Below the pieces are notes generated by a model that saw only the letters and a program-made list of their open reading frames with translations, ran no database searches and was not told where the DNA came from. A program made the translations under genes and the position numbers. From Lingula anatina (lineage: Eukaryota; Animalia; Brachiopoda): DNA of 64,000 nucleotides. The stretch covers positions 1,612,001 to 1,676,000 of the forward strand of contig JBPQGU010000016.1 of NCBI GenBank assembly GCA_051362555.1. Reading direction: 5' to 3'. Positions 24,561 to 38,676 of this stretch are shown here, in pieces (within the stretch, counting starts at the first letter, position 1; the number at the start of each line of letters is the position of its first letter).

Positions 24561-25937
24561 TGGCTTTTAGTTTTCATTTAATTTAAAATTGATGTAATGT
24601 TTGCATGTAGTCCATTCGCCAATAAGCCTAATATATATATAAAATGTAAAACTATAATATTCAAAATTTTATAAAATTAAAGCAAACTTAAACACGTACA
24701 CATTTTTGTAGTCTATAAAGCCATAGCAGGAGAGACATGCCCCCCCCCTCCTTTCAGAGTCAAGAAGCAGTGTGATGTGCAGTAGGTGTTGACTCATGTC
24801 CAATAAAGTGAACAGTTTTCAGTTTCATGTACTAATATATACATGTATATAAATAACAAGAATAGATGACAGCGAATTATCATACATATATATTCAGCAT
24901 TAGCTAGATTTAATCATTATTGTGTTAGGTAACCATGGTAACAAGTTAATTAGAATGTATTTCTGAAAATACAGTTGAAGCAATTCACAAATAATGTTTA
25001 CATCAACATCTCTAAGCGTCCTAATAAAGAAAAAAATGTGGCAGGCCGAGGTTTGGTGGGAAAACCAACATACAAAAATGGACAAGAAAACGTTTAACAG
25101 AGGTCACGAGGACAGCAATGGATAGAAAGAAGTAGAGGGGCCTGGTCCATGGAGTGTGCCGACAATCTTCGATAATCGGAGGATCGGGACGATGATGATG
25201 ATGATGATGAATTCACTATAGTTATTTATAGACATACAACTATCACCTTAATTTAAAACAACTTCTAATTTTCTTCTTTTGAATAATTTTTCAAAGTTCG
25301 TTCCATAATTGATGGCTATATAAACTTTCCCAGAAGTAATGAACATTAGAACATCAGGACCATGGTGGGTTACTCTGTATTATTATTTTTTTTTTATTTA
25401 AGCTTCCATCATAGGTCGGTTATTTTGTTTTGTACCGATATATAGTCTGAAGATTGTACAATTCACACCTCTATAACTGCCGACTAACCCCAAACACAAT
25501 TTGGTATTATCTGTTAGTTATATGGATGTAGTTCAAACAGTGTATAATGTTATTTGGTAGTTATGAAAACTTTTTAAAAATATTTTTATTATGTTTTCCA
25601 GGACATTATAAAACGCTTAAAGATATCCACAATATAAAGGTATTATAATCTTATTTTTTCGGACCTTAGCATATCGTTAACGAAAATAGCATGACCATAA
25701 CGTTATCCTGTCATTCTCTACCATTACCAGAATATTATCATCTGATAACGTTATGTAAGACGCTATATGTTAGCTATAGCCAATATGTTGAACGTTGGAA
25801 TAAACTTGTTATTCACTGTTACAACAGTGTTTAGCTCCTAAACACATTTCTAAGAACCTGATTTGTTTCTTTTTCAACGGGTTAAGCTGATAAACACGTT
25901 TAGTTCCCAAGCATGCCAAAACATATAATTGATACAA

Positions 25938-25972
<35 letters not shown>

Positions 25973-26309
25973 ATAGATAAGGGATAGTTCAGTTCTTATT
26001 TACTGCACTACTGCTGCGTCTCAGGGCAGTTTACGGACGCCTATTTGTATTTATTTTTATTTTTTTATTTTTATTTTATTTTATTTTGTTACCCTGGCTG
26101 TTGGTGCTACTGTCTTCCTTGGTTGGTTATAGCCCAGTATGCCGTATGAAGTGCTGAAAGCTAACAAACGAAAATATATTTCTCTGTCAGACCAGGAACT
26201 TTATCCCTGCTTCAACCCCTTAGTCCTGGGTGCCAAGCAAAGCAGATATCGTTTATAAAATGATACTCTTTATAAGCTCTAACACACCAAACAAATACAT
26301 AAGTAGCAT

Positions 26310-26405
26310 GTCCACTTTATTTGAATCAAATAAGAAACTAGTTGAAGTGGTTAATATGTGTTACTGAGGATCCACGCTCCATCGAGGCTCGGTTCATGTG
26401 TACCT
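26310..26405. mobile_element. Terminal fragment of the Kolobok-like MITE seen at 49401-49777
   Basis: ~95 bp similar to 49685-49777, ending tgtacct|TTAA. Confidence 0.6.
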
Positions 26406-27082
26406 TTAATAAGGAATCAGAATAAAATGCACTTTTATACCTTAAGTAGACCGAAAACATGGCCTAGGCCTAGGCTTGTACGGAGGTTTTAGGCATTGCT
26501 TCCCTCAATTACAGGATTTTGGTCACTACTGTATTTTGGGGTATATTTGGAAAATAACCCTCGTATAACATTCAAAATATTGGAAAAGTTAGAAAAACGA
26601 AAAGGCCTCCCATATGTATTTTATGGTACATTTGAAAGATAACCTCCACATACCGTTCAAAATTCCAATAATTAAGTAAAACGATGTGAAAGTAATGCAA
26701 CATATACCTTGTAAAATATGTTTATTTTGCTGACATATTTCACGTCATATTGGACCAAAATGTAAGGGCACTCTTACCTAATCATTCATTTTGTAAGATA
26801 TGATGCATATATACACCTCCACTTATCTTTTATTTTACAAAAAAAAAAAAAATAATAATAATAATAAATAAATAAATAAATAAATAAATAGAAAATAAAT
26901 AGGGAGCACTGTTTTATACAATGCGAAGAGAAAGGTATTTTTAATCAATCCCAATATTCTTCTCATCGTCTAAACTACATTCGGATATTTTGTTTGTTAA
27001 CTTACATTCAGTTACACTCATGTTGAACTACACTGTAAAAGCGCCTGTTTTGTCTCATTTTTTCAACGCGTTTAGCCCCTAA

Positions 27083-27802
27083 AGGCCCAGTCACAAATCA
27101 GTTGCGATGCGTCGGGGATGGGTAAAACCCGGGAAATTTGAACAAAATCTTGAGATAGATCTCACGATTTTGCACCCGTCGGAGGCGCTCTCCGGACGCC
27201 TGCGGGTTGTCGCAGATTTTTTAGACATCTCCACACCCGTCGCGGTCCCCAACTTTCAACTTAAAATTTTAAGATTGCTCGCAAGATTTTTCACCCATTT
27301 TGGGCATCCCAGACACAATCTCCGATGACCTACGATGCCTTCCGATTAATCGGAGGCGTCCTCCGAATAATCTGAGACTAGTCGCAAGATTCTGTGTGGG
27401 ATTGGAAAATCAGGTTGAGATTCAATGTCTGCGAGTAGTCTCCGGCGCCCTCCGACTGAATCGTACGCTTTATGTGATCGTCTTCGACGAATCGTACGGT
27501 GGAATCGTAGTAAATCGCCGTGTATATAAGGGCGCCTCCAACCGGATCGCTAAAAGTTTGAGACGCTCTTGCTGCAGGAGGCTGTGACAGAAGATTTTGA
27601 AGATGCAATCGGAGGCGATCGGAGGCTAATCCCACGATTTTTCGACAAAACCGGGTCAAAATCCTTGAAAAAATCTCAGACAATGTGACTGCTCCACTTT
27701 TATTAGGATTATTGCTAGGACTGTTCAAGGATTCTTTATTTTCTACGACGACCCCCGGCCAAAACTAATCCCCGACAGATCGCCGACATTGTGACTGGGC
27801 CA
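27083..27802. mobile_element. PIF/Harbinger-type non-autonomous element
   Basis: TIR (A)GGCCCAGTCACAA...TTGTGACTGGGCC(A), with TAA duplicated on both sides (27080-27082, 27803-27805). GC-rich interior with cgga/tccga repeats. Confidence 0.85.
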
Positions 27803-28924
27803 TAAGCACATTTAGCTCTTTAGCATGTTACACGCTTTTAGCCTGAATGTAGTATGACCCGATTGACGGCTAAATTTACGTAGGGTGTAGGTAGTAGAGT
27901 TTAAACATGACAAAAAACATAAGAATCATACAAAAGTTAAAAACGCAACTTCAGGATTATAGGGTTTCGAACTCCCATGAAATTACTTTGAGATAGTACA
28001 TGTTCTGGATTCATATCGTTCTACTGCCTAACCACTACGTCAGAGAGACGAACCGACAATTCGACGATTTTACGGCGTAATTATATATATGCTCACTAAA
28101 GCATAGGCCCCTACTATTCATGTTATTGGCCTTAACCTAGTAGTTATATAAAGGGACGGACATAAAAAAAGGGCGACCCTCCATTTGGCTGACTGATGTA
28201 AACGGAATGCAGGTCCGCCAGGAATATAAGTCCTATCCAAATTTATGACAGGAATACAAGTCCCATTAGGGCTACTAATCCTAAGGTACAGTGGTCCGTA
28301 GTAACTGAGGTCCATTCTTTTGTATTAGAGATAAAACCTTCACTTTTCAGTGACTACATTTATCATTATTTACACACGTCATTTTATGGTGACGCCAGAA
28401 GTGCAAATTCGGGGGAAAATAAAAATAAATCGGTTTTTCGAATATCTCCTTTAATTTCATGGGCAGCCACGAACATTGTTTCAACGCCAATTCCATGACA
28501 TCATATAGTGCTCCAAAACCCTGCCAGCGGCTATGGTTAAAAGAATGAGTTCAGATTTAACTACTGACAAAATAATAACGCCTTTGTTTAATAAAAAAAA
28601 TCTTGGATTAGGAGCTCGTAACGCCGAAAAAAAATGAAGCTCATTCATTTGTGGACAACTTTGCCTATTCTCGTAATAATAATAATAATGATAATAATAA
28701 TAATAATAAAAACAAATCAGGGACGTTATTGTACGCACCATACCAGTGTTATCTCACCTCAAATTAGAAAGTTGTTATCTTGACGATAATATACAAAGCA
28801 ATGGCAATAAAGAATGCAAAGTCTTGTACGTAAACCAAACTGTATCATAATGTACAAATAATATAAACGCACTTCTTAAAACCAATTATCTAAATGTAAA
28901 TACAATGGCAATAAAGAATGTGAG

Positions 28925-29012
28925 GTTTTCATCATCCCGCCGTTCCATTAGCTAATGTCTTCATCATCCCGCCGTTCCAATAGCTGTTTTCATCATCCTG
29001 CTGTTCCATTGA
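28925..29012 (-). repeat. 29/32-nt tandem repeat (3 units) spanning the stop codon of paralog B
   Basis: Unit on the coding strand: GGAACGGCGGGATGATGAAGACATTAGCTAAT. Confidence 0.85.
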
Positions 29013-31050
29013 CTGGAAGAAAGATGGATTAAAAAGGTAGTGGTTTCTTAATGGCCGTACGTCTGTTACATTGCCCGGTTGACAGTGATGTCAGTCAACG
29101 GATCAAAAACACAAGTAAACCCACCTTTGGTTTACAGTAAAAAAAATAACAGTGTGAACTATGAAGAGTCCTACATTGGTTGCAGATAAATAAGGTTTAC
29201 TCAGCTTATAGGCCTGAATTTTAGCCTTTTTGATCCAAAATGATTCAGTATTAGTTATTTTTTTTAATTAACATTGCAATATTGTGTATTGTGTATATCA
29301 CGAAACAAGAGTACAACACGACCGACAGATGTTTACCATTTTGAAGTTTTTTCTAGTTTAAAACTGCTGACAGACCCATTTAGTACTATTATTCTTTAAA
29401 ATAATTTCTCCTCGAGATGTGCGTTTATTACTACTACTACTACACACATGCCTATATACCTGTACACTCTGACACAAACAGGCACGTTGACAGGCAAACA
29501 AAACGTATCCTACTTCGCTGTTTCTGTCTCTTTCTTTCTCACAAACGCACACACAGATAGAGATAGAGCACCCGAACACGCAGTCAAATGCACATACCAA
29601 TTGCTGATGTCATGCAGATAGAGACCTTTTTTACATTAATTTTATTTTACAAGTACCTGTAGGCCCCGCCGGCCGGGTGGATGTCAAGCCATCTTTTTTC
29701 CGTTCCTCTTCAGCTTTCTTTTTGAACCTTTCTTTAAGAGTTTTCATGATGTCTCGATATTTCTTATCAAATATGCGCTGTTTTTTGTCCTTCTTTTCTC
29801 TCTTCTGAAGCGAAAAAAAAGGCTGTATTGCTTAAAGTTCGAAAAAAGGCTCGTCTATCTATCAACAGTCAAGTTATTTCAAATAAGTTTAGCTTTTAAA
29901 TAATTTTGAAATGTCTTGTAATTTATAATAATGGAATAATACATCTGATTTAATGATAATATAATAATATATGCACTACTAAAATATCGAAATTCTTAAT
30001 GTAAATAACATGTTAACAGTAGCATTTTATTGATTACACTTTCAGATTATTTCCTCAACAACCCCCTAGTTTTCTATTCTATTTAAGATATTTCAGCTAT
30101 ATTTTTAAGCAATTTTATCTTTATTGAAAGCTCAATAAAAGGTCGACAAGAACGTGCTGGGGTTTAATGTTACCGACAAAAATATTTTAATATCACATCG
30201 ATACGACAGTAAAAACCACTTCTCAAATTTATTTGAAAAAAAATTTTTTCGTTTTAATATTTATATTGAGTTATCAATTTGCTTAGTTTTGTCATCATTC
30301 AAGATCATTAAAGCCAGGACACACCTTTTTACTGGGTGCCTCGCATTTCTTGCAGGTGAGGATGTAAAACAACCATTTGGGACTAGGTATTAAGTTAAAG
30401 GGTATGGGGAGAGTAGATTCTTCCCCTATATATTCTAACCATAGTCTTGTCCTAGCAGCTTTCCATTCGATGTCTGCGTCGTTCTGTAAATATTTCGAAT
30501 TAAGGAATTACGGCATTTCTGGTGAATGGAGAGGCTGTGCAAAAATAATTGATCGTGCTTCTTTGATCGTACTTTTAATCATTGAGATTATTTTCTGTAT
30601 AATACTGCTCCGTTTCCGTTATTATTATTAGTATAATTATTATTATTATTATTATTATTATGAAACTATAAGACAAAATGCATTATACATTATCGATTGT
30701 TTTCAACATCTCATACTTACATGAATGGCTTCAAAAGAGATTGTCATCATAGCAATAAGCATATTGATCAACATAATAACGATGACAATATGGAATATAG
30801 CCACCATGATGAATCCCACGATCTCCACAAATGCGTGTTTCATGTGGATTTCTACAGAACTGGAGTCCCCCAAGCCAAAGATGGACCACATGAGGGTGCT
30901 AAATGTGTTGAAGAATCTGCAGAAACACGAATGTGCGGGACTTAATGGTCGAATCCAAACAGATATGCAAAAGAACCTTAAACAATGCTTTGCTGAATAC
31001 AAAATAAAAAAAATAATAATAATAAATAAATAAATAAATAAATAAATAAC

Positions 31051-31093
<43 letters not shown>

Positions 31094-34000
31094 TAAATAA
31101 ATAGATAAATAAGTGTACACAGAGGTGTTCACCTTTGAATGACATATGGTCAAACTGAACAATACTATTTGTTGTTGTCGTTAAGAAAATAATGAAAAAT
31201 TAATTTAAAAATACCAATTTTTACAATAAACATACTAGAACCTGTTTTCATAGGGCGTTGGCTACAAATAGTTACCCGTGGAATGCAGAATTAGTCTCCG
31301 ACCCATCAGGGAGTGTTTGGCCCGCATAGAAGTGGTAGTGGTTGTGCAGTCCAACAGTGAAGGCAATGAACACAATAAGCAGCAAGGCAGCAAAGCGAAA
31401 GACATCGTTGATCATCTTGCCTAAAAGTTGACAAGCCACGATTTATTCAAAGAGCATGAGTCACACAAGTCACAATGAGAAAGAATCCGACAAATAAAAA
31501 AACTCTCGTTTCAAGATTGACAATACTGTCGCTAGGAGGAAAGAGTGATATAGACCCCTTCCCCACATATTTTAGATCGATCTATCCCTGTGGGGATTCT
31601 CACTAGATTATCGGCTAAAGTGTCTGCCCCGCCTACTAAAAACTGTAAGGGTGTAATTAACTACCGTGCACGCTCGGCTGACAGCAATTTAGCTTGAACC
31701 CCCAGGGAGTTAGGTCGATCTAGAGTAAATCTATGGGAATGCATTCATACTCTTTTGTCAACTTAATTAACCTTATTGACTAAAGGACACTTATTTATAC
31801 ATGTACGTGTATTATTACCAAAGGCATAATTGCTTTAATCACTGTATACACGCTTACCCAAAACAACTAGAAGTGGTCCGACAGACTCAAAAGTAGGTAA
31901 AATGTACACTAGTCTAGAGAAACTAATGATGTTCGCCAACGCAAACAGGGCGTCTGATATTATTTCTGGATCATTTAGTTCCCATTCGAACCGACCTGAA
32001 ATGCAAGAGTAAAAAAGATACACTTAGAAAATTGTTTATCAAAAACTTTAATAAGTTTATCAAAAACTCTAATAAGATACATGTATAATGGACAATCAAC
32101 TAAGTTTTTGAATAGAGGATAGGAAACACATACTTACACTATTGAACACAATTAAAATATTTGGAATGAATTACATACTTTGAACCATGCATAGTTCAAT
32201 TAATTCAGCTACACCAACCTATCTGGTAATAGTATGTGTACGCCTCTGTTGTAGTTTGGTTAACTTCCAATGCGGCTTGTCTTGTTTTGACAATCGAGAC
32301 TATACGACTGACAAAGGAGGCAAGATAAAACATAACCAAGAGGATATCCAGAATGTTGAAGGCGTTCTGGAAGTAGCGCATTCCCTGCCGACACAACTGC
32401 TTTACCTCAGCTAAAAGATAGCCTATAAGATGAAATGCAATATTTAGTGTTTTAAATTTCAATTTAAATTAAACATTAAAATACTCCAGTCAGGGGCAAT
32501 ATACTCAGAGGTTACTCATTATAAAATATATACAGATGAAAATAATTGATAATTTAGTTTACATTGTAGTAACCGGATTTTGTTGATTATAAATTTGATA
32601 GACTAATACTATGACAACCATGTCTCCGAGAAATTGTACCTATTTAATGCTACTGCAGAAAAATCAGATAGATACTGGAATATTAATAATGTTATGGTGT
32701 TGGCATTACTTTCAATGTATTTGTGTCTTACCTATCACGTAGAAAAATATTGCATACTCGGACCATCGGAAATCCTTGGCATGAGCGACATTAGCTTTAT
32801 CATCGGGCAAAAAGTAAATCGTCAGGATCAGAAGAAACGTAAAGTAGGAGAAGCTATGCGTGTAAAATTTGATACAAGGAGTCCTCAAGAACATGTTGTT
32901 CCACTTGATGAATTTACTCTACAAAAAGAAAGAAATAATACGCTACACCTTTGTACTAGTGCCAACAATAAAATCAGCGACTGAGACATTTTCAGTTTTC
33001 ATTCACGAAGAAATTGCGATCATCTAATAGCTTACGTCTACCAACATTCAACAATTAGGCCTACCGTGAAAAAAGTTTTTTACAGACCAGTTTAACATGG
33101 GTGTTGTGAGTCACCATATGCGACTGCTACAACAAAATATGGTTCGTTCAATCAAACTAAACAAAAAGCTTTCTCTTATGCCTTTTGGACCTTCATTTGT
33201 GTATACATAAGCGCCCGAGTCTGTATCGATGCACTTTGAGAGAATGGCAACTGGATTTTACATAAGATAATTACCCTAACGTACGCAGCTTACGCGCTTA
33301 ACACTGTCAATTATATAAACACCTGCCTATCTCTATAAGTGTACCGGTACTAAATGTAAAAAGGGGTTCAGGAAATGTTTTAACATATGGCAATAAACCT
33401 GTTCAACATACCTTCTTCTCCAACGTTTCAAAGGATCCGAACAGAATGTAAGCCAGGAACAGCAGAATCCAAACTGGCAACGCCAGCACGATGAAGATTG
33501 TCTTCAGAAAGTTGTTTGTGGTCAGCATTCGACGCCTTATATTAGGATCGACGCCATAAAACACCATCCTTAAGTGCCTCTGGACGTATGGGTGGGCTAC
33601 AAACTGAAATACGGTTTTAAAGAAGTGGCTTTAATTGCAGCTATCTGCCGAGTAACTATGTGTCTATTCATCTCGGTTTGTCTGTGATTTAATGCCACAT
33701 GGAATATTCCTCAAACATCAGCCAAAATAATAGTTTCTTGTTACCTCTCTGATCCCTCAATGTTCACAACATACCGCATCTGGAAAAATATGTCATAGCA
33801 CCTTCATATGGTAGTGCACTAAATCCCCCCTCTAAATAACTTCTGAAGAAACGACTTGAGTGTGGCTTCAGCTTTTCGTTTAGATGAAGCTGTTGCTGAC
33901 TTATATTTATTTATTTTCAATGGCGTAGTAATGTCTTATTATTTGTGTGATAAAACATATTTCAATGACCAAAAAAGCATAGGTAACACAAGGTTTTACA

Positions 34001-35591
34001 AGTATTTTTAAGCTACAAAATATAGGGATCTGCAGAAGAGTCTCAACTAATACACCTCTTCTTAAAACATGCAGTAGTTAATTGTTATGAGGACCATTGT
34101 CTTTTACGTTGTACCACAAACACAACCGTTTACTCTCTTGGGATGTTTCTATATCCTTTCAACACTATATCTATATCAAAGGTGCATCCTACCTTCTTGG
34201 CTCCTTCGTCCATAACTCTTCGCACTCGCGCTAATTCTGAACACCCATTGGCTGATTTATCCAGGATCAAGGACAGCTCATCTCGACCCCGGACCAGGTC
34301 CAGCATCTCCCAGGCAAACGTCTCACATTTCTGGGTCAGTTTAAGATATTCGGACTGTGTGGAATGGAAAAAATAGGATATTACTTAAGTTGCATATTAA
34401 TAGTTTTGATAATTTAGTTAACATTGTAATAATAGGTATTTGTTGATTACTTTTTTGATAGACATTTATAATTTTACCACAACTTTTTTTTTGTTATCAT
34501 AACTTTCTGCTGGGTGGCTGTAACTTTCAAATGCAAACTGTGTGTGTTGATGTGAGTGCTTGCGTGCTTGTGCATGCTTGCGTCTACTTTCACTTTTGGC
34601 AAAGCCAAAGTCCACCTACTTATCCAATTCCCATTGGAAATGTCAGAAATCCCCCCAAAATCCCGTAAAAATATCTTAAAGAAATTAACAAACAATTCAG
34701 CGTCTCTTTCTGTCAGAAATTATAAGGCAAACATTCTGATTGTATCTTATTATTGTTTTTTTTTTCCAAAATGTTAACAATTTTTTTCACAAAGTACCTT
34801 GAACTCTTCATCCTGTTTCGCCATTGTGAACAGTTTTTGTCTAAACTTCAAAGCACTATTTACAGGATCTTTCTGTGTGAGAAGATATGACGATGACGTC
34901 ATAGCTCTATACGCGTTCACACGATAAAGCGCGTGATTCAGCGTGTCGTTTCGGTCGAGATAACAATCGCAGAAATAATCGTGAGGATCGGTGATTTTCA
35001 AGTGCTCCTCATCCTTCAGTAGTTGGCAAACCTCGATGTCGTTCTTCATCGCCGCCTGTAGCATAGGGTTATAGCTTGTATCCTTCACTGATAACGACAA
35101 CCATTGCTTCAGTGCCAGCTTGATCTCGTCTAGGTTCGCCCCGTCATCTATTGCCTTCCGAAGATTATCTCTACTGTGCATTGGACCTGATGTTTTGCCC
35201 GCAGTGGGCTTGTCGGGAGGGTGCTGCGGTCCTTCATCTTCGGAACTTGAGGTAAAACCACAGTCATAGCAAAGGATAAATTCTGAAATATGGGATATGT
35301 TTTGCAGCTTTGAATAGCAGTTCGTGCAGCAAAAGAAGACAAATACCCCCCCCCCCCCCTAAGAAATGGATTGCTTCATGTTATCTTGTGCTCGGTCTTC
35401 TACATCAACATAAGCTTCTTTCGCTGTGCACAATGTATGTTCAAATTGCCCTCAGCTGATACATTCAACTTGAGAAACTCGACAAGAAGGCTTAAAAGAA
35501 ACACTACAAGAGAAAATACCACCTAAAGCCCTTTGGGTTTACACAAACGATTGAACAATGATGCGGTATTTATTCACGTTTTAGCACCGCT

Positions 35592-35629
<38 letters not shown>

Positions 35630-35654
35630 TGGACAATGTTGTGTGGATGGGGAG

Positions 35655-35699
<45 letters not shown>

Positions 35700-36743
35700 G
35701 TGAAAGAGAGAGAGAGAGAAAGAATTAGAAATGCACGAGTACCTAAAATAATAACAACACTTACTCCTTTTTTTAAGCTTTGCTCTATATACGGGTTCTA
35801 TATTGCCGTACGTCCCTCCATCTCCTAGAGTGGCAGTGATATCCGTGGGTAACCTACTGTGAGGGGCGGCACCAATGGGGGAGGCATAGTCCCCCTCGTC
35901 CACGTTCTCAACAGGCGCACGGGGCTCCTCCGGTGAGGGCTGGTCTGAGGGCTTCGACGTTGCAGTCTGGTTGTTTGAAATTTGTGACCGGTCTTTGCTT
36001 GGGGGTGGTGGTGGTGGTGACGGTAGAGGGGGGACATGTTGAGGAGAAGCAGCAGGAGGAGGTTTTGAAATCGAGCCGAGGAGGGTTTCGTTAGCCACAT
36101 CTACTTTGTCACCTGCGCCTCCCCGTCTGCCGCCTATACTTTTACTGGAACTGGAACTGTTTCTGGTAGATGGTGACAGAAGAGGGGGACTGGAGTCGTC
36201 AAGTCCCGGGGTTTGCTTAGAGAAATCGGACGGGTTAGTGGTCCTGGCATTAGAATCCCCCATGTCAAAAGTGGGAGGAATTTGTCCTCTCGGCCCCGGA
36301 GCTTCAGTGTCTATAAAACCACGATTATCGAAACTGCTTGTAGCAGTGTGTTCATTTGGTAACTGCTTCACCCCCTTCCGATCAACGCCCGACAAACTGG
36401 CGTTCTCAGCGTCATTCCCCTGACTGTCCTGTTGACCTCGCAATGGATCTTCTGCCAGCCCGATTTCCCCTAATTCCACTGCCTCGTCATTTTTCTGTGT
36501 TTTTCTATTTGGGAGTTTTCTTTTTAACCATTTTTTTAATCGGGTGACTTTCTCTCCATCCGGGACGTCCTTGCTGGGGATGTTGGATGAAGTCGATGAT
36601 TTCTCACTACTGTCGCTGTCGTCCTCTGTTTCTGAGATATGTTGTAAAATGTCCGCATCGTCGTGCGAAGAAAAATCGTTTCCCAAGAGAACCACGTCTA
36701 AATTCCGTGCAAAGTCACTGCCGAGAGGCCTTTTATTCGCCAT
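28993..36743 (-). CDS. TRPC: Divergent TRPC-family cation channel, paralog B, 12 coding exons, ~1004 aa, intact
   Basis: Exons (+ coordinates) 35765-36743, 34798-35282, 34193-34354, 33412-33603, 32732-32918, 32219-32422, 31858-31995, 31276-31420, 30721-30916, 30325-30483, 29657-29804, 28993-29012. They sum to 3015 nt in frame. Most internal exon lengths (162/187/204/138/145/196/159) equal those of paralog A and the same TRPC motifs are present. Confidence 0.93.
31553..31745. mobile_element. MITE copy 3 (family of 1167-1397), intronic in paralog B
   Basis: Reverse-complement match to 1210-1390. It roughly accounts for this intron being 437 bp versus 267 and 262 bp in A and C. Confidence 0.7.
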
Positions 36744-37449
36744 CTGGAATTATCTGAAAAAAAAAGTTTTTTTTTTCTGAAGTTATATCAAGTGTAACGT
36801 GACCGCATCAGTTTGTCTCTCAGAATTAAACAGTGAAGTATGATGCTAAGCAAGACACAGTTTAGAAACTTTGACACTGTAAGAGAGAGAAAAAAATAAT
36901 TATCTGCTTTCGGAAGTAATGTAATGAAACAAAAATTTTAACAATAATAATAAGACTACAATTTGACAGTAAAGCGTATAAGTCAATCATATTGAAATTT
37001 TACTTTAACTTAAAATGGCAAAATAAGTAATGAGAATACTTTTTATAAGCTTAATCTGAACTTGTATAAATTCAAAAATGAGATTGTCAAGGAAAATAGT
37101 AAATATCATACTCAAATTATGAACTTAATTGCATATGATTTAGGTGGAGATGTGGAAAATCTTATCGGACACATATACTACAAGTAGAAAAAGTTGTTTC
37201 TCAGCATCAAATTGATATAGTAAGAATTGATTATGAACACCCTAAAAGATCAGCTGAAAATACTTAAATGGAAACTCTGGAATCTTCAGATATTGTCACC
37301 CTTTTAACATCTAGTAATCTGTTTGAAGCATATCAACAGCATTCTGATACCAATCAGATTGAATCAGATCTAGAAAGTCACTCTGATATTGAGTAAGATC
37401 TTAACATGACGGTCCTCTCAAGTGATTCCATATCAAATGGTGAGAGTAA

Positions 37450-38620
37450 GACAGCAACACCATCTATCTGAAAGAGTTTTCGTGAATGGGCAGTAAAAAT
37501 TCAAATTCCACAAATAGCTACCGGGGTATGGAAGCCGATTTTGAGACCAGTTATGCCAGAATAACCAAAAGATTATCGCATCGTAACGAAAACACAGCAG
37601 TACTATGATGTGTTTTATCAATATGTTTTAACTATGTGTTTAAAATATATATATGGAGATGGTAACATCTATTTTGGAATATTCAAGGGAGTTCAAAGCT
37701 TCAGAATTATTTTCAGTTTGGATTACAAATCCACGTGGATGGACTGTCTTTATATAAAAGCACAGGCCATCAGCCTTGACCAATTCTACGAAGTGTGCGA
37801 AGTTTCAGATACGTCATAGACGAATATAACGCATTACATCACAATGGGCTTGAATTGGACGGAAAACTTCAGTCAGTGATTTGTGATGCACCTGCTCATG
37901 TTTTCGTGAAAAAATGTGAAAACTTACACTGGCAATCATGGCTGTGACAAATGTGAATAACCAGGAAGGTAGTTAGCTAATAAGATTGGACATTCAGAAT
38001 TAAATTCTACTTTCCGGACAGATTATTATTTTAGAAATCAAACAGACATAAAACACCACAAAGTTCTTCACAACTATTGGATGCACAGGCTGAAACGGTG
38101 AACCATTTTCCTCTAGATTATATGCACTTGGTTTGCCTTGGGTTCCCCCCAAAAAATGAAAAAAAGGCTCAGTAGAATTCCGTATTGGACCAAGGGCAGG
38201 GACTGAAACACATGTATCTTTAGCATTGTCAAATGAAGGTGAATTTGAAAAACAAACAAACAAACAAAAAAAAAATGTCAGAAATTGATATGTGGAAAGC
38301 TACAGAATTCAGGCAATTTCTTTTAAATACAGACTCGGACTTTCTCAAAAATATTATCCTTGTCAATTTGTATAAATTTTTTCTGCTGTTATCCATTGGT
38401 ATGCATTTCCTTTTAAGTGAAACGCTGAATGCTACTAACGATAACTATGCAAAAGAACTACTTGAAATATTTGTGAAACATTACTGTGGAATTTATGGCT
38501 GCAAACGAGCAGTTTACAGTGTGCTGGGCATGGCCTTATTCACCTCTCACTCGACGCTCTAAATTATGGTAGTCTGGAAAACGTGAGTTTTTCCATATGG
38601 AAACTTTCTCTATCAGACTA
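37450..38620 (+). pseudogene. Decayed CMC/EnSpm-type transposase
   Basis: Frameshifted motifs in the expected order: FREWAV, LQIHVDGLSLYKS, ICDAPA..GCDKC, FPLDYMHLVCLG, WKATEFRQFLL, ..P.(E)NFL. Confidence 0.75.
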
Positions 38621-38676
38621 GTAAGAAAATTAAAATTTTCGCTCCGACATATGAAGTAATGAAAATACTATCAGAA

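Noticed and set aside
25600-25810. Clustered aacgtt/taacgttat motifs, and gaactttaaagtg repeats at 42560-42780
   Set aside because: Probably decayed transposon subterminal repeats, but no ends or TSD could be defined.
27960-28035. A-box/B-box-like motifs on the minus strand (TGACGTAGTGG...GTTCGAAAC)
   Set aside because: No convincing cloverleaf. At most a decayed tRNA-derived SINE head, so not called a tRNA.
29657-29804. Gene conversion suggested by this exon of B resembling C at its 5' end and A at its 3' end
   Set aside because: With three sequences and no outgroup, lineage-specific changes explain it equally well. It needs a formal recombination test.
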